NCBI RefSeq assembly: GCF_006345805.1
Contig: NW_021836151.1
Location: forward strand, 124,001 to 188,000
DNA: 64,000 nucleotides
Direction: 5' to 3'
Origin: Octopus sinensis
Taxonomy: Eukaryota
A program made the position numbers and the translations under genes. Within the stretch, counting starts at the first letter, position 1, and each line of letters begins with the position of its first letter. Under the pieces are notes generated by a model that saw nothing but the letters and a program-made list of their open reading frames with translations, was not told the DNA's origin and ran no database searches. Of this stretch, positions 24,587 to 38,068 are shown one piece after another.

Positions 24587-27500
24587 ATGAGCAATTTTCT
24601 TAAAAAATATTCAACTGACAAATTTACAAAATCTCGAAATCTCTCAACCATCTCCAACGGGTCCATACCTATAGTGGAAGACATGACTTCTGAACAAATA
24701 GATGCAGCCTTCGAAACAGTTCTGGTATCTATCCTGTTCCACAACTCCATAGGACGACATGAACCTTCCAGACGACAAGAAACAGACACTTCGTCTACAA
24801 AGTAACGTCCACAAAAAGCAAATTCTCGATATGAACTACCGTCGGACATTTAATGTGGCCTATCATCATAACCCAGCAGGACAAGAACGAGAATGCTGGG
24901 AAATTTGTGGCCATGCTGTCCAAACCAAACAACAAAAACATTCGTAGATACAATCTCCTACAGACAGTGAGAGTACATCTCCGTAACGACACTCTCCAGT
25001 CTATTCTGTCTTAATATTGCAGGTGGAAAAAGTCATTTGGAAGGAATGGCCTGCTTGTTTTAATTAATTCCATAAACACCCATTTAAAGTGACTTTGGGC
25101 ATTTTATATTATCAGGGCAGAGGAAACTGACTGTCTTAAACAGGCAGTTCTGTGTATTGGCTGTTTTATAAACTCCAAATATGGAATGGACGAGGCATTG
25201 GCTACTCCTGAATTGATTTGTTCCCTCATTGAGTGTATTCCCTTTCCCGATGCACAAATTCTGGTCGAAGTAATCAAAATAATCGCTGCTATCTGCATAT
25301 ACCCATCTGGGTCCTCATTTCTTGAATTTATAGACTCAGACACGAGAAGGTTTTGGAAGGGTTCACTTCCGTGAGAAACAAGAGGAACAGTCACCACCGT
25401 TTTGCGGAAGTGGTGTCAATTTTGAACGGTGGTTTCTCTCTCCAAGTACAAGTAAGGGTATGTGGTGGTAAGATTAGTCGGTGTGTCTTCAACTTGTGAA
25501 TGCTGTGGTCTCTACTCCTGAGGAATGGGAATTTCGACAGCATTTGAGATGTGAGATTATGCGGGCTGGATTGGGACTGATTTATGAGGTTTGGTTGAGT
25601 GGACTATTTTAGTCTGTCTGTCAAAATTCGTCCCCAGATGTGAAAAGACAAGTCGAAATATTCCAAAAACAATTTGATTACGACCTTGAAGAACTTAAAT
25701 CACGATTTGATCACTTTTCTGGACAATTTCAGTAATAATTTATTCTAAATTAAGATCATTGGACGACACGTGGAATTTTTTAAGGACAGTGGTGACTGGA
25801 ACTGAGTCTGAGGCACTTTTAACATCAATTTTCCAACATATGTTATTCATTCGAGATGATTCCTTCAGTCGGTGAGAAACTTTGTAGATTAAACTACAGA
25901 AACTCGTATTTCTCTGTGATTGAGTCGGTCGTGAGTCAGATTGTGTTACAAAAGGGAGGAATCAACCCGGATCCCCAATATAGGACGATTCAGTTTGATT
26001 TTGAACATTTAACCAGTTTCTTGGTCTGAAATAACCAACAGACAAGTTTGAGGCCAGAATGAAAAAGAAGGACAGAGAGATGGCCGCCCTGAGAGAACAG
26101 TACGAGACCAGACTCAATGCAGCACTCACTGCAAAGATGGAGGCCGAGTCTAAAAGTTCTCTACTCGGCACAAGATTTGAACTTTGTGACGGAATGAGTC
26201 CCAAATCAGTCAACAAAACACCAATTCGACAAAAATCGTTTAAAATAGAACGACCAGTTTCGGCTTGTCCAAAAATTGAGTGTGCTGTGCCTCCTCCTCC
26301 ACCTCCCATGGTGATTGGGGGGAAAGTGCCTCCCCCGCCACCGTCTCTTCAACTCCGTGCCCCAACTGTTATAAAAAGACCTCAGGCGGTACAACTTCCC
26401 CACGGAATGACACAAAAACCCAAAATGGAGTCTTCCGCCGTCACAAAACATATCAACTGGACTCAGGTTGTGGCCGTGATTGATGTTTTAGATAAAGCCA
26501 GAGACTTTTGGGGAGGATTGTTTGTGGGTGAAGGCACGGGAGGGCCGATTTTTTGATGCTTCGTTATTGGAGTCGTTGGAACAGATCTTTGCCTCTCAGA
26601 AGACTCACACAGCAGGAAACGAGGACGGAAATAAACGGAGACTGAGAGAACTCCGTGTGATCGACAGCAACACTTCCCAGGCCATTTGTTAGTTCATTCC
26701 TTCATATTCCAGCCATTCTTATTGCCAATTTGAAACTTTCTCCGGAAGAACTTCAGAAAGAGTTTTTGGCGGTGAATTGTGCGATTATTCAGCCGGCTAC
26801 TTTGGAACAGCTTTTAAAGGCACTCCCTGAAGAGAATTTGATGAAGAAGTTGTTGGACCATTCCAAGGAATACGACGATTTGGCAGATTCCGAGAAATAT
26901 CTTTTTAAAGTAACTGTTTTGTGACCAAATTAAAGTTATCTGAAATTCAGGGATTACGCAATCGTGTCGAATTGATGCTATTTATGTCCCAGTTTGATGA
27001 GTCAGTAATCGAGACTAAATCTGTAAACATTTCTTCTAATTTCAGGCTATTGCGACCATGACAGAGGCATGTGGACAAGTAATGGAGTCCCTCAAGTTGT
27101 CCCAAGTGATGGAAGTAGTTCTCCTTATTGGGAACATCCTCAACCTCAACACTCGGAACGCGGAAACTTACGGATTTGACATCAATATTCTGCCCCGAGT
27201 ATATTTCCGTGGTGATTCCAGTTGGTGGACACTCGTTCGGCCGACGGAACAACTTCGTTTATGCATTTCTTGGTCGAGACTGTCGAGAAGAAATGTCCGG
27301 AGAGCCTGACCTTTGGGGAGGATCTTGTATCGGTGAGGAGTGCGGCCAATGGTAGGACAGTGATAAAACATGATAGTGAGTATTGACGTAATCTGTCAGT
27401 CTATTTCTCAATATGAACGAAATCTGAACAGATTGGCAACGCTTATCCCCAACTACGAGTCACTAGTCGAGGGAGACTATTTTGTCGACGTTTTCCAAGT

Positions 27501-27943
27501 TGGTGATTTGGGTGATTTTGAGGACTTTTATGAGAAGGTTATCCCCCAACAAGAACTTATTGTGGACATGAAGTCACGGATGGACGACTCGGTCAACTCG
27601 ATGTTCAAGTTTTTTGCGCTTTCTTCACGATCTACTTCTTGTACTGCAATTTTGGAGTCGATTGCTAAATTCAGTAAGCAGTTTAAGGTTTTCATTTTGT
27701 GGCATTTTTAAGGACACGGTGGACGAGATCAATCAGCGTAAGGAGAATGAGAATCGTAGGAAGAACTCGCTTAACAAGCGGAAGGCGACTTTTAGTAAGT
27801 ATGATGCGAATGAGGGGATCATGGAGAGTTTGTTGGAGGCACTCAAGTCGGGGAGTGCGTTTAAACACGCTCACAGAAAACGAGGAAATGGTTTTGGGTT
27901 GGGGTTATTTGTAGAGAAGCCGTTGGAAGTTAAGAAAATTTGA
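24587..27943 (+). CDS. DIAPH: Diaphanous-related formin (GBD/FH3, FH1, FH2, DAD), many micro-introns
   Basis: GBD-like ILDMNYRRTF..ERECWE region; polyproline FH1 (26290-26343); FH2 motifs KHINWT, LRVIDS, LLIGNILN..YGFDINIL; C-terminal DAD GIMESLLEALKSGSAF. Confidence 0.9.
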
Positions 27944-28539
27944 TTTATTTAATGAACTTTCAAAGTAGAATATTATGATTTTTAACGTGTGTTCTTATTT
28001 TTATTCTTTTTATTAGTTTCCTGTTATAAGTTAGGATCTATTTTCAAATTTAATCTACGAAGCTTTATAAAATAATCAGAAATTTGTCCATTTTTATACA
28101 AATGTATTTTTTGCACAAATATTTAAATTTCATAAAATAAAAAACATCAAGATTAGAAAAGATGGTCATTTTTACCGTATGAAAATTAAAAAACCCAATT
28201 TTAATTAAGTTTATTAATCTCAATTTTGAAATTTCAATATTTTTTATTGGCTTGTGACATAATATTTTAAGGATTTGGATATTTAAAATATTTTGTGGTT
28301 AAATCGAATTTCTATAAATCTGTCTTTTCTAAAAGTGTCTGCCAAAAAATAATTAAAAATAGGTTTTAATTTTTAAATAATTTTAGTTGATCAAAATAAA
28401 TTCATCAATTCAAAAATTGGCGGAATTAAATGAAATGGCGACTACTTTAATAGTCATTCTGGTTTTTTAACCATTGATGATGAGAATAGAACTTAAAAGA
28501 ACAAATTCTCTTGTAAATTCGAAAAAAACATTCAAAATA

Positions 28540-29798
28540 CAGTAAAGTCTCTCGAATCCGCCATACCCTCGAATCCGCCAATTATAATTAATAAATTCTC
28601 TTATCCGCCATTTTTCCTAGAAAAAATTCTCGAATCCGCCAAATTCTCGAATCCGCCATATTTTTTATAATGAATCCGCCATGTGTCCTAATTTTAAATA
28701 ATTTTTTTAATTAAATTTACTGATATATAATCAATTTATTAACACGTTACATCTGTCTTTGTTGTTGTATTAATGAAACGTAACTGTACAAGACTAAAAA
28801 ACAATCAAAAAATTGAGATTTTGAAGTTTATTCAAACAAATAATGAATTATCTTCACTCAAAATTTCTGAGATTTTTTCAAAAAAATACAACTTGCCTGT
28901 TTCTCGCCGATCTATTGATGATCTGAAAATTAAAAGAGGATCTAACATTATGTTTCATAACCTAAGATCTGAAATTTCCCGCAAACAATATTTAAAGTTT
29001 GCTGAAATCGATGATAATACTATTGCTTGGGTCAATTCAATGGATCTTAAAGGAGCCATTTTAAATGATAGGATTATTACTGAGAAAGCAAAAGCCTTTG
29101 CATTGAATCTCGGGATTACTGAATTCAAAGGAAGCAAAGGGTGGTTAGTTAAATTTAAAAAGAGGAATGGTTTGAAATTACGTAATATGCATGGAGAATC
29201 TGCAACTCCAAATTTTGACCCTAATTTAGTATCAGATTTCATTGAATTAATCAAAAATAAAATCAGTCTTTACGGAGCTCAAAATGTTTATAATGCCGAT
29301 GAAACTGGCTTATTTTACAAAATGATACCGTCTAAGAGTGTTTGTAAAACCATTAAATCTGGCTATAAAGCTAAATTCTTTAATATAGAAAATCTTGAGT
29401 ATATTGAAAACATTGGATCTTCAATGATCCAAACTCTAAGAAGAAACAAGTCGAAACTTACTGATTTTTTTGTTTTTAATTAATTATTTTGGCTTAATAA
29501 TTTAAATCAGGAGATCGGGTCCCGCATGTCTGCCATCACAGGCGACGCCCGCGAATCGAGATGGTTTTTCGAGCGGATATCCCTTGCGATAGTACGCTCT
29601 AACTCTTTCTCGATCGCGTCGGCTTCCCGCCCTTGAAGCTTTTAATTAATTAACTTGTAGTTATTGGTTATTTTTATTTAAAAAAAAATTAATAAAGTTT
29701 ATAATTTAAATTATTAATGGATTAAAAAATCGATAAGTCTTTCGAATCCGCCAGATTTTGCCGATCCCCGAAATTGGCGAATTCGAGAGACTTTACTG
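28540..29798 (+). mobile_element. Tigger/pogo element, internally deleted
   Basis: TIR CAGTAAAGTCTCTCGAAT.CGCCA, TA TSD; ORF 28773-29483 with CENP-B HTH and VYNADETGLFY; repeated GAATCCGCCA boxes; empty site visible at ~45100-45120. Confidence 0.93.
29507..29690 (+). mobile_element. 5'-truncated CRE 3' end inserted in the Tigger element
   Basis: Near-identical to 44146-44280 (QEIGSRMSAITGDARESRWFFERISLAIVR). Confidence 0.8.
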
Positions 29799-32304
29799 TA
29801 CTTTAAAAATTGAAATCCTTTTTTATCAAAATGAATTTACTCGAACGTATAAATTAATTAAAAAAGAACAACAATTTAATGATTTTTTTTAATGATCTTT
29901 TCATTTTAAAAATTTTATTGCTCGGTAAATTCTATGGCTCAGTTTTACCTATGGTACTTAAATAACTGTGTTTTACGATTTTTCCTTCAAGCGAAATGAC
30001 CGTATCCACCCGTTTGATCTCAAACATTTCGAATCCCTTTTTACATACACTAATATAGAGATACTAATCCATCCTTACAGAAATTTTTAAAGAATTAATG
30101 CATTCTTCTAAAACAGCAAAGATCAGATTTCCTACTAAATCAACTTCTTTCCATACAACAACAGACTAAAAATATGCTTAATTCATAGTTACACGACCTT
30201 TCATAAACAAGCTGACTTTAATGTTCTAGTAAACGAACTTGGATCAATTAAAATAAAAACATTTTCCTTAAAAAATAATAAAAAATTAAAGAACAAAGTC
30301 AGACTCTGCATAAGTCACAAAATTCCCGATTTTATTGCCACTTTTGTCAAAACAGAGCAAGGAATAGCACGACTGACACAAATAGCATCCGGCCTCCAAG
30401 GCCATCCAGCACTACCAGGACAACAAACTCAATTTTCAGAGCAGACTAGACAAGTTCAATCAATGTAAAAAAGTCAAAAAATTAATTTGAAGAACTGCAG
30501 CCTCACATTACCCACAAAGGCACGCTATATGGATTATAAGTCAGTCAAGGACTGTCTCATCAAAGTGGTCCCCCAAAGTAGTAATTCTTAGGACTCTCTC
30601 AAACCATTCCACAAGACCTATGTACTCCAAAACAACCCATTTTAGATATCCACTAGCTCAGCAGTTCGCTTCGCTCACTGCGAGCTAGCTCCTGCGGAGG
30701 CCCTGCTCGCTACGCTCGCAGTTTCCTTAAATAACTATAAATTTATGTAGATATATAAATGCGACCTGCTTTGATATAACCTTATTCTAAGGCCTGTGGA
30801 TAAACGATGTTTGCAGTCCGTCCATCCTTGGCAAATATAAATAAATTTCTCTTCTACCTACCCTTGAGCACCCCACATACAGCTGGCCATGTGAAAAGCA
30901 CTCGTTCTCTAAAAATAAGCCTACTACCTTTAAAGACTGTCCCTGGGCCTTGTTTATTGTCATAGCAAAACTTATCTTCAGCGGAAATTGTAGTCTCTTA
31001 AATCTATCGCAGGCCCTTTCATGGTCCATAATAACGTCGACCGATTTATATATTCTTTCTCTGCCAGGGATTTTCATTAATAAATCTAAATTTATATTAA
31101 GTACCTCATCATTAAGTGGAGCTGATATAGCTCGTTCACGCAGCCAGTCGAAATTCACGTAGTGTTCAGATAGTTCGGAATAGACGGCATTCAATAATTC
31201 TTCTGCTGTTTCTACGAAAATACATAATTCTTCCGGTAGCCTAATTTTCTGGTCGTGCATTTCTGAAGTGATTGCCCCATTTCCAATATCTAGAGGGATT
31301 TGTGGGAATATGCTATTAACGCCTTGTAAATGTGCATGTACATTTACATCTAAGCTTACCTTTTTCACGTGTGTCCACAAATATGACGATTTGAGGCAGG
31401 CATTCAATTCATCCGCAGGCGTCCCTCTTTGAATAATTGGCAGCGTCTGTCTAAAATCACCTGCCAATACAACTAATGCTCCCCCAAACAAATGGTCGCT
31501 ACAATTCTTGATATCTCTATATGTTCGGTCAACTGCTTGAATGCGCCTTTATGAGCCATCGTACATTCATCCCAAACAATTAACCTAGAATGCATAATTC
31601 TATTACCCGTAGTTGAGTCTAACAGCAGTCCTGACCTTGTTCAGCTGTTGTCTAAGTTCCCTCACCATTTAAGCACATCTTCCCTCGTTTCTCTTTTTTT
31701 GTTATATGGTTCATATTCTCTTGTTTGTTAACATTCTCAGATCTCTCTTTATAGGACATGCTTATGATTTTGTAAACGCGAATCAGTAATTTATATTAAA
31801 TTTTCTACGTAAATTTATTTAGTGAAATTTATGTAAAGTGTATTATCCAATCAAAGCCATTATACTTAATTGCCTCTATGTTTAAAGGAATTGAAACTTT
31901 AGCATAATCGAACTTGTCTGTTTCGGTAAAGAAAATGATAATCAGCTTCATCTTTGTAGTATTATAAGGAAAAAAATTAAAGCCTGTTAAATCAAGGAGA
32001 TTTAAATATAGGCAAATTGAAATTTACATGACTAATTTAAATTTTATTTGCCTCTATCTTTTAAGAAATCTAAACAGTAGCATAATCGAATTTGTCAGTT
32101 TCGGCAGTTAAAAAGAATCAATTATGTAAATCTCTAATAATTTTTGCTTTTTCCTTTTTAGTGGTTTTCAAAATCTGATAATTGCACAGTCTATTCATGG
32201 TCGATAACAATTAGAGCTTTTATTTTATTTTTTTAACGAAAATTTAACAAAAAAGAATTTATGTCATCGAAAAAAGATAGCTAAGCTAATTAATGGCCTC
32301 ACGA

Positions 32305-33343
32305 GGCTTGAAGGTTGTGGAGGACCTCATCATGTGAGTCGAGGACTTTCTTGTCGTTCATTTTAACAAAAACGCAGAAAATATTTTTTTTTAATTTTTG
32401 GGCTTGAAGGTTTTGGGGGACCACATCATGTGAGTCGAGGACTTTCTTGTTGTTCATTTAACAAAAACGCAGAAAATAATTTTTTTTAAATTTTTTGGCT
32501 TGAAGGTTTTGAGGGACCACATCATGTGAGTCGAGGACTTTCTTGTTGTTCATTTTAACAAAAACGCAGAAAATAATTTTTTTTTTTTTTGGCTTGAAGG
32601 TTTTGAGGGACCACATCATGTGAGTCGAGGACTTTCTTGTTGTTCATTTTAACAAAAACGCAGAAAATAATTTTTTTTAATTTTTTGGCTTGAAGGTTTT
32701 GGGGGACCACATCATGTGAGTCGAGGACTTTCTTGTTGTTCATTTTAACAAAAACGCAGAAAATAATTTTTTTTAATTTTTTGGCTTGAAGGTTTTGGGG
32801 GACCACATCATGTGAGTCGAGGACTTTCTTGTTGTTCATTTTAACAAACCGCAGAAAATAATTTTTTTTAATTTTTGGCTTGAAGGTTTTGGGGGACCAC
32901 ATCATGTGAGTCGAGGACTTTCTTGTTGTTCATTTTAACAAAAACGCAGAAAATAATTTTTTTAATTTTTTGGCTTGAAAGTTTTGGGGGACCACATCAT
33001 GTGAGTCGAGGACTTTCTTGTTGTTCATTTTAACAAAAACGCAGAAAATAATTTTTTTTAATTTTTTGGCTTGAAGGTTTTGGGGGACCACATCATGTGA
33101 GTCGAGGACTTTCTTGTTGTTTATTTTAACAAAAACGCAGAAAATAATTTTTTTAATTTTTTGGCTTGAAAGTTTTGGGGGACCACATCATGTGAGTCGA
33201 GGACTTTCTTGTTGTTCATTTTAACAAAAACGCAGAAAATAATTTTTTTAATTTTTTACCTTGAAGGTTTTGGGGGACCACATCATGTGAGTCGAGGACT
33301 TTCTTGTTGTTCATTTTAACAAAAACGCAGAAAATAATTTTTT
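32305..33343. repeat. Tandem array of ~11 x ~95-bp units inside the Helitron
   Basis: Unit ggcttgaaggttttgggggaccacatcatgtgagtcgaggactttcttgttgttcattttaacaaaaacgcagaaaataat(T)n; varies mostly in T-run length. Confidence 0.95.
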
Positions 33344-33382
33344 TATTGATCTGGTTTGTAACAATTTGAATGTGGGTGTGCA

Positions 33383-33430
33383 CAGACAGACAGACAGACA
33401 GACAGACACACAGACAGACAGACAGACACA
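33383..33430. repeat. (CAGA)n microsatellite
   Basis: Direct reading; lies ~25 bp from the Helitron 5' TC end. Confidence 0.9.
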
Positions 33431-34185
33431 CACCATACCATTTTATTATTAAGATTATAAAAGACTCGGACACTTCCAAGAAGTCCCTCCCGAACCATCA
33501 ATTTTCAGTCCCTTCTTTCCCAAAGGAGGAGATACAATGTCCAGTTACTTCCCCATCGCCCAATAAAGTATATTCACGTGGTTTTATGCATACTGATATG
33601 ACCCCTTTATCTCCTCTGCCGCTGAATAAGGTATATTAACGTGGTTTTATGCAGACTGGTGAGGCTCCTCCGCCTCCTCCTCCCCCGGGGTCATCGCGGA
33701 GGAGTTATTTATGAGTGATTATTGCAGGCATAAAAACAAAAAATATTCCCACGGCGAGGAAACCACTGCCAAACATCCACTGGAATGCAATCAACAGGAA
33801 AACATCAAAAACAAAATTTTTGATGGAATAAACGACGAAGAAGTGTACGAGGTAACAAACTAGAAAACTCAATCCAGCACCTCGACCTGGAAGAAATCGA
33901 AATCAAATTTTTTATCGAAAAAGAGAAGGGAAAACCTCAACCAAGAGCCAACAGTTACCGAGCATGAGTCTTCTTTCCACCGACCGACAACGAAACATTG
34001 GTAGACCACCCCACTATAGTAAGCAATCGCAATTCAGACCATTTGGAACAGAATCGACCAGATCACTTAATCCAGGTGTTCTCAACCGGGAGCGAATCGC
34101 CCCCTAGGGGCGAAAATTTTGTACAGGGGGGCGATAATATATTTAATAAAATATTCGAATTTTAATATGTGACATGGGTGATCAG

Positions 34186-35855
34186 TAGGGCAACCAGAAA
34201 TATGACCTTAAAAAGTTAAATATGACCGTAAAAAATATGACTTTATGACTTTAAAATTCTAAAATATAACTTAAAAATATTAAAATATGACCTAAAAAAT
34301 CAAAATATGACCTATCGAATTTTGATTTTTAGATATTCTGAATTTGAAAATATGAAAAAATTAAACATTTCAATCAATGAATTTATTATAATATTGCATC
34401 ATATAATATTTAATATTTTCTGGCTTGAAGTTTCTATCCTTTTCGAGCAATTTATTCAGCATAGAAAAGCTTCTTTCTGCAGATATTGATGTTGAAGGAC
34501 ATTTCCATAAGTAAATAAATGTTTCTGGAGAAATACTAGAAATTCTAGCATTTTTAATATTCGTCCATGGTAACATACTTATCCGCTTTAAAAAATACTT
34601 GTTGATGTCACAATTATCCTCACCAAAATTAACGGAATCAATGAATTCAACTGCATCTTTAATTGTATAAAATTTTTCTTGGCATTTTCTGATTTCATCA
34701 ATAATAGGGTTGTATGAAGCCATTAACTCTGCCAGATTTTTCTCCAAATTTTCAGAGCTAACAGCATTTTTCGCATTCATCACAATCTTTCCACAATTTG
34801 GATAGGATAAGACAATTTCGCGAACTCTTGAAAGATGTCGACTATAATATTTTGCTGCGTCCGACCAGCTGCCCCATCTTGTTAGAACAACATCAGGTGG
34901 AAGTCCAATAACTGTAAAAAGACTCCTCCGGGAGGGATTTTTTACAATCGACATTTTGATAGACAAGATTAAGTCGTCAATATATTTATAATGTGCTCTA
35001 ATCTTTAATGCACAATTGTGCAGAAGATGAGCAAAACAAGTTATATGAATCATTTTAATATACATAACCTTCAATGTACTCGCTGCTAAAGTCATATAAC
35101 GGGCAGCATCAGAAATAAATAATAAAAATTTTCCCTTTTTATATCATAATTGTTTTAAGCATTTCAATCAATTGATATTGCAAATCTGGAACTATATTTC
35201 TGCACCAACTTTCGCTGGGAACAGTAAATCCGAGATTATTAAAAAAATTAATAAAGTGTTCATTTCTTATTTTGTAAAAAGGTATATTCGCCTTCGTCAT
35301 CATTTCGACTAAGCAAATTCCGAAATTTTTCTTTGCTTCAAGTTTCGGAGGAGTGTTGAGTTGCGTTTGAAATTTTGTCTGTTCCTTTTTATGCCGGGTA
35401 GTTTCCCTGTGCTGCACCACATTAAACGTTTTCGTAAAATTAACAAAAACTGAGCATTTCAAACAAAATAAACGTCCGGCTGAATCAATCTGAAATTCAG
35501 ACGGGTATCGTTTAATTATTTTATTTAACTTTTGATTGTTAGATTGCTTTTGTTTCGGCATGTAAAAATCTATAATATTTAAGCGGCCAACTACCAAAAC
35601 GTGTGAAAACGTGTTATTGTCAAAATTTAAACAAAGATTAATAAAAATATATGATTTAATAAATATAAATATGACCTGACAAAAAAAATATGACATAAAA
35701 AAATAATATGACCTAACGGCATAAAATATGACCTATAAGACCTAAAAAAATTAATAAAACTATTAAAAAATATAATAATAGTTTATTAATTATAGAAATA
35801 ACATCAATATGACCAATAAAAAATAATATGACTTATATGACTTTTGGTTGCCCTA
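34186..35855 (-). mobile_element. hAT-superfamily element with CGGBP1-like transposase
   Basis: TIR TAGGGCAACCA, 8-bp TSD GTGATCAG, arrays of ATATGAC boxes. Protein has LFCLKC..QHRETTRH zinc finger, ISDAARYM, HITCFAH, TRWGSW and SAERSFS; internal deletion near 35135. Confidence 0.88.
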
Positions 35856-36084
35856 GTGATCAGACCCATATAGGCAACCTGTCCTTTACGTGTTTCTATG
35901 GCAACTACTTAGCAAATATTTACTAAAAGGCCAACTAATATAGAGGCAAGCGTTCCGAAATAATGATTGAACTTTAAATTTTTGAAAAAATGATGTTTTA
36001 TATTTGAAAAATGCTTGCTTTAAAATAGTAAAATTATTTACAACACTAGTAAATTTTTTTTTAATGATTGTTAATTTATTCCAA

Positions 36085-36228
36085 TGAAAATTTAATCAAG
36101 TTAAACTAATGTATGTAAAGCAGAAGAACTGATGGCGATCCAGTTTCCCCTCACTATTGCTTGGGACACGTTCTGGAGGAGCCATCTCGTCTCCAGAGGA
36201 TTGTGCGTTCTCAGGGTCTTGAGACGTC
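36085..36228 (-). mobile_element. 5'-truncated CRE 3' end
   Basis: Near-identical reverse complement of 7768-7907. Confidence 0.85.
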
Positions 36229-36412
36229 CAAAACACATGTAAATTATAACGTGAATTATTTTTATTTTTGATAATATAAATTGCAACATTAGCAAATTAT
36301 AATTTACATCAAATTGTTTGCAAGTTTGTAACAACTTTAACTTTAACCCAGACCCTAACGTTGGCAAATGACAACATAAATATATTCAAAATCTAATTTC
36401 CAAACCTTAAGC

Positions 36413-38068
36413 CAGTGGTTCTCAACCTTTTTTGTCCGCGGACCCCTTGTTAGTAAATGAAAAATTTCGCGGACCCCCTACATATTTATTAAGTTGTTTG
36501 TCAAAAAAATTTTACTTATCTAAAAACAAAATTTATTATTAAATCAATAGAGAAAATTAGTGAGAAGGTTGATATTGTTTTTTCGAGGCAATTTTTTCAA
36601 TAAGAGGCTCGGTTGTCGACAAGCAAACCCTGATGTCATCTTCAATATTCAGTCTTGCGCGATGATTATTTTTTATATTGAGAAGTGCTGAGAAGCCATG
36701 TTCGCATAAATATGTTGTCGGGAATATAAGCAACAAATTTAATGCATTTGCGCTTACGGAAGGATAATGCTTACACATTTCGCACTCAAAATCTTGATAA
36801 AGCAAGTTTTTCATACAAATCTCTTGCGTTTGAATTATTGATCATGTCAATAAAAGCCTCTTCGATATTTTCATCGACCAAACGTGGATCAACACTGAAT
36901 GGTGTACGAATGAATTTCAAATCAATTTCGTTCAATTCTGGAAAGTATTTATTTACTTCTTGTTTTAGATATGTTAAATGTGCATAAATAAGTTCGGTTA
37001 TTTTTTTGATTTCAAATGCATCTATATTTACAGATTGTTCTTCAAAAGATTCAAACATAGTAAAATTATTTAGTTTTACTTTTTCTTTCCACAGTGTTAA
37101 CTTTATCAAAAAAGCACTAATAATTAATATGAAACAGTTAACAAACTTAATTTTATCCACAAAATCAATTATTGTTTCATGTCTTCCCTGAAGCGATTTG
37201 TTGAGTGAATTTATACGAGAGAAGACATCTCTCAAGTAAGCAAGTTTAGATAGCCATGAACTATCCATTAATTTCGAAATAAATTCCGATGATTTGGAAT
37301 TGTTTTCGCGAATAAAATATTCAGATAATTCATTCCTCAAAGAAAAAACTCTGGCAAAAATGTTTCCCCGAGATAGCCATCTCACCTCAGTGTGGAATAA
37401 CAAAGCCTTTCCATCCTTTTCAAATTCTTCGCAAATAAGTCTGAAAATGCGCGAATTTAAAGCACTCTTTTTAATATAATTTATGATATGTACGACATCA
37501 TCGAGAACATATCTTAAATCTGAAGGTAATGTTTTTGCAGCAAGTGCATATCGATGTAGCATACAATGCATATGTTTCGTTTCCTGGTTAGCAAGTCTAA
37601 CTTGGTCTCTAAAGCCAGAATGAAAGCCAAGCATTGCTGGAGCTCCATCGGTTGTGCAACAACATACATTATTCCAAGATAACCCAACACTGTCAAAAAA
37701 CATAGAAATTGCTTGAAAAATATCTTCTCCTTTAGTGGTCGATTCAAGCGAATAGGAAAATAAAAATTCCTCTTTAAAATCTCCGTCATAGACATAACGA
37801 GCAAATATTATTAATTGAGCACAGTTCGCTACATCGGTGGATTCATCAACTTGTATAGCGAAATTTTGATGGCATGAAGTTTTTATTTGTTCTACCACCT
37901 GAAATAAATAATATAATATATTAATTATGATTATTATTAATTATGATTTAATTCTATTATATATTAATTTAAAATTGTTATCATTAAATAGAAACATTTA
38001 AATAAAGTTTCAGAAAAATCTCGCGGACCCCCTGGAATCTTTCGCGGACCCCAGGTTGAGAACCACTG
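36413..38068 (-). mobile_element. hAT (Buster/Charlie) transposon lacking the N-terminal coding region
   Basis: TIR CAGTGGTTCTCAACC, TSD CCTTAAGC; ORFs 36557-37898 with FAIQVDESTD, TTDGAPAM, HCMLHR, HTEVRWLSRG, FPTTYLCEHGFS. Confidence 0.93.

Larger units (their letters stand above)
27657..30388 (+). repeat. Segmental direct repeat, copy 1 (DIAPH 3' end, intergenic region, SNAPC3 3' end)
   Basis: Colinear with 43635-45955 once copy-specific insertions are removed. Confidence 0.92.
30653..33454 (-). mobile_element. Helitron, internally deleted (Pif1 helicase C-terminal part only)
   Basis: Minus strand reads A|TC...CTAG|T with no TSD; GC hairpins at 30660-30721; helicase motifs IVWDECTM, LAGDFRQTLP, FAMTINKAQGQS, FSHGQLYVGCSRV; (TCTG)n near the 5' end. 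Confidence 0.92.

Noticed and set aside
24587-27943. Fragmented ORFs suggesting a pseudogene or an alternative genetic code
   Set aside because: The breaks examined coincide with 22-30 nt GT-AG introns, and stops are used normally at gene ends.
32305-33343. CRISPR-like periodic array and the repetitive ORF 32555-32905
   Set aside because: Units are contiguous with no unique spacers, there are no cas genes, and the context is a eukaryotic Helitron. The ORF is a by-product of the repeat.
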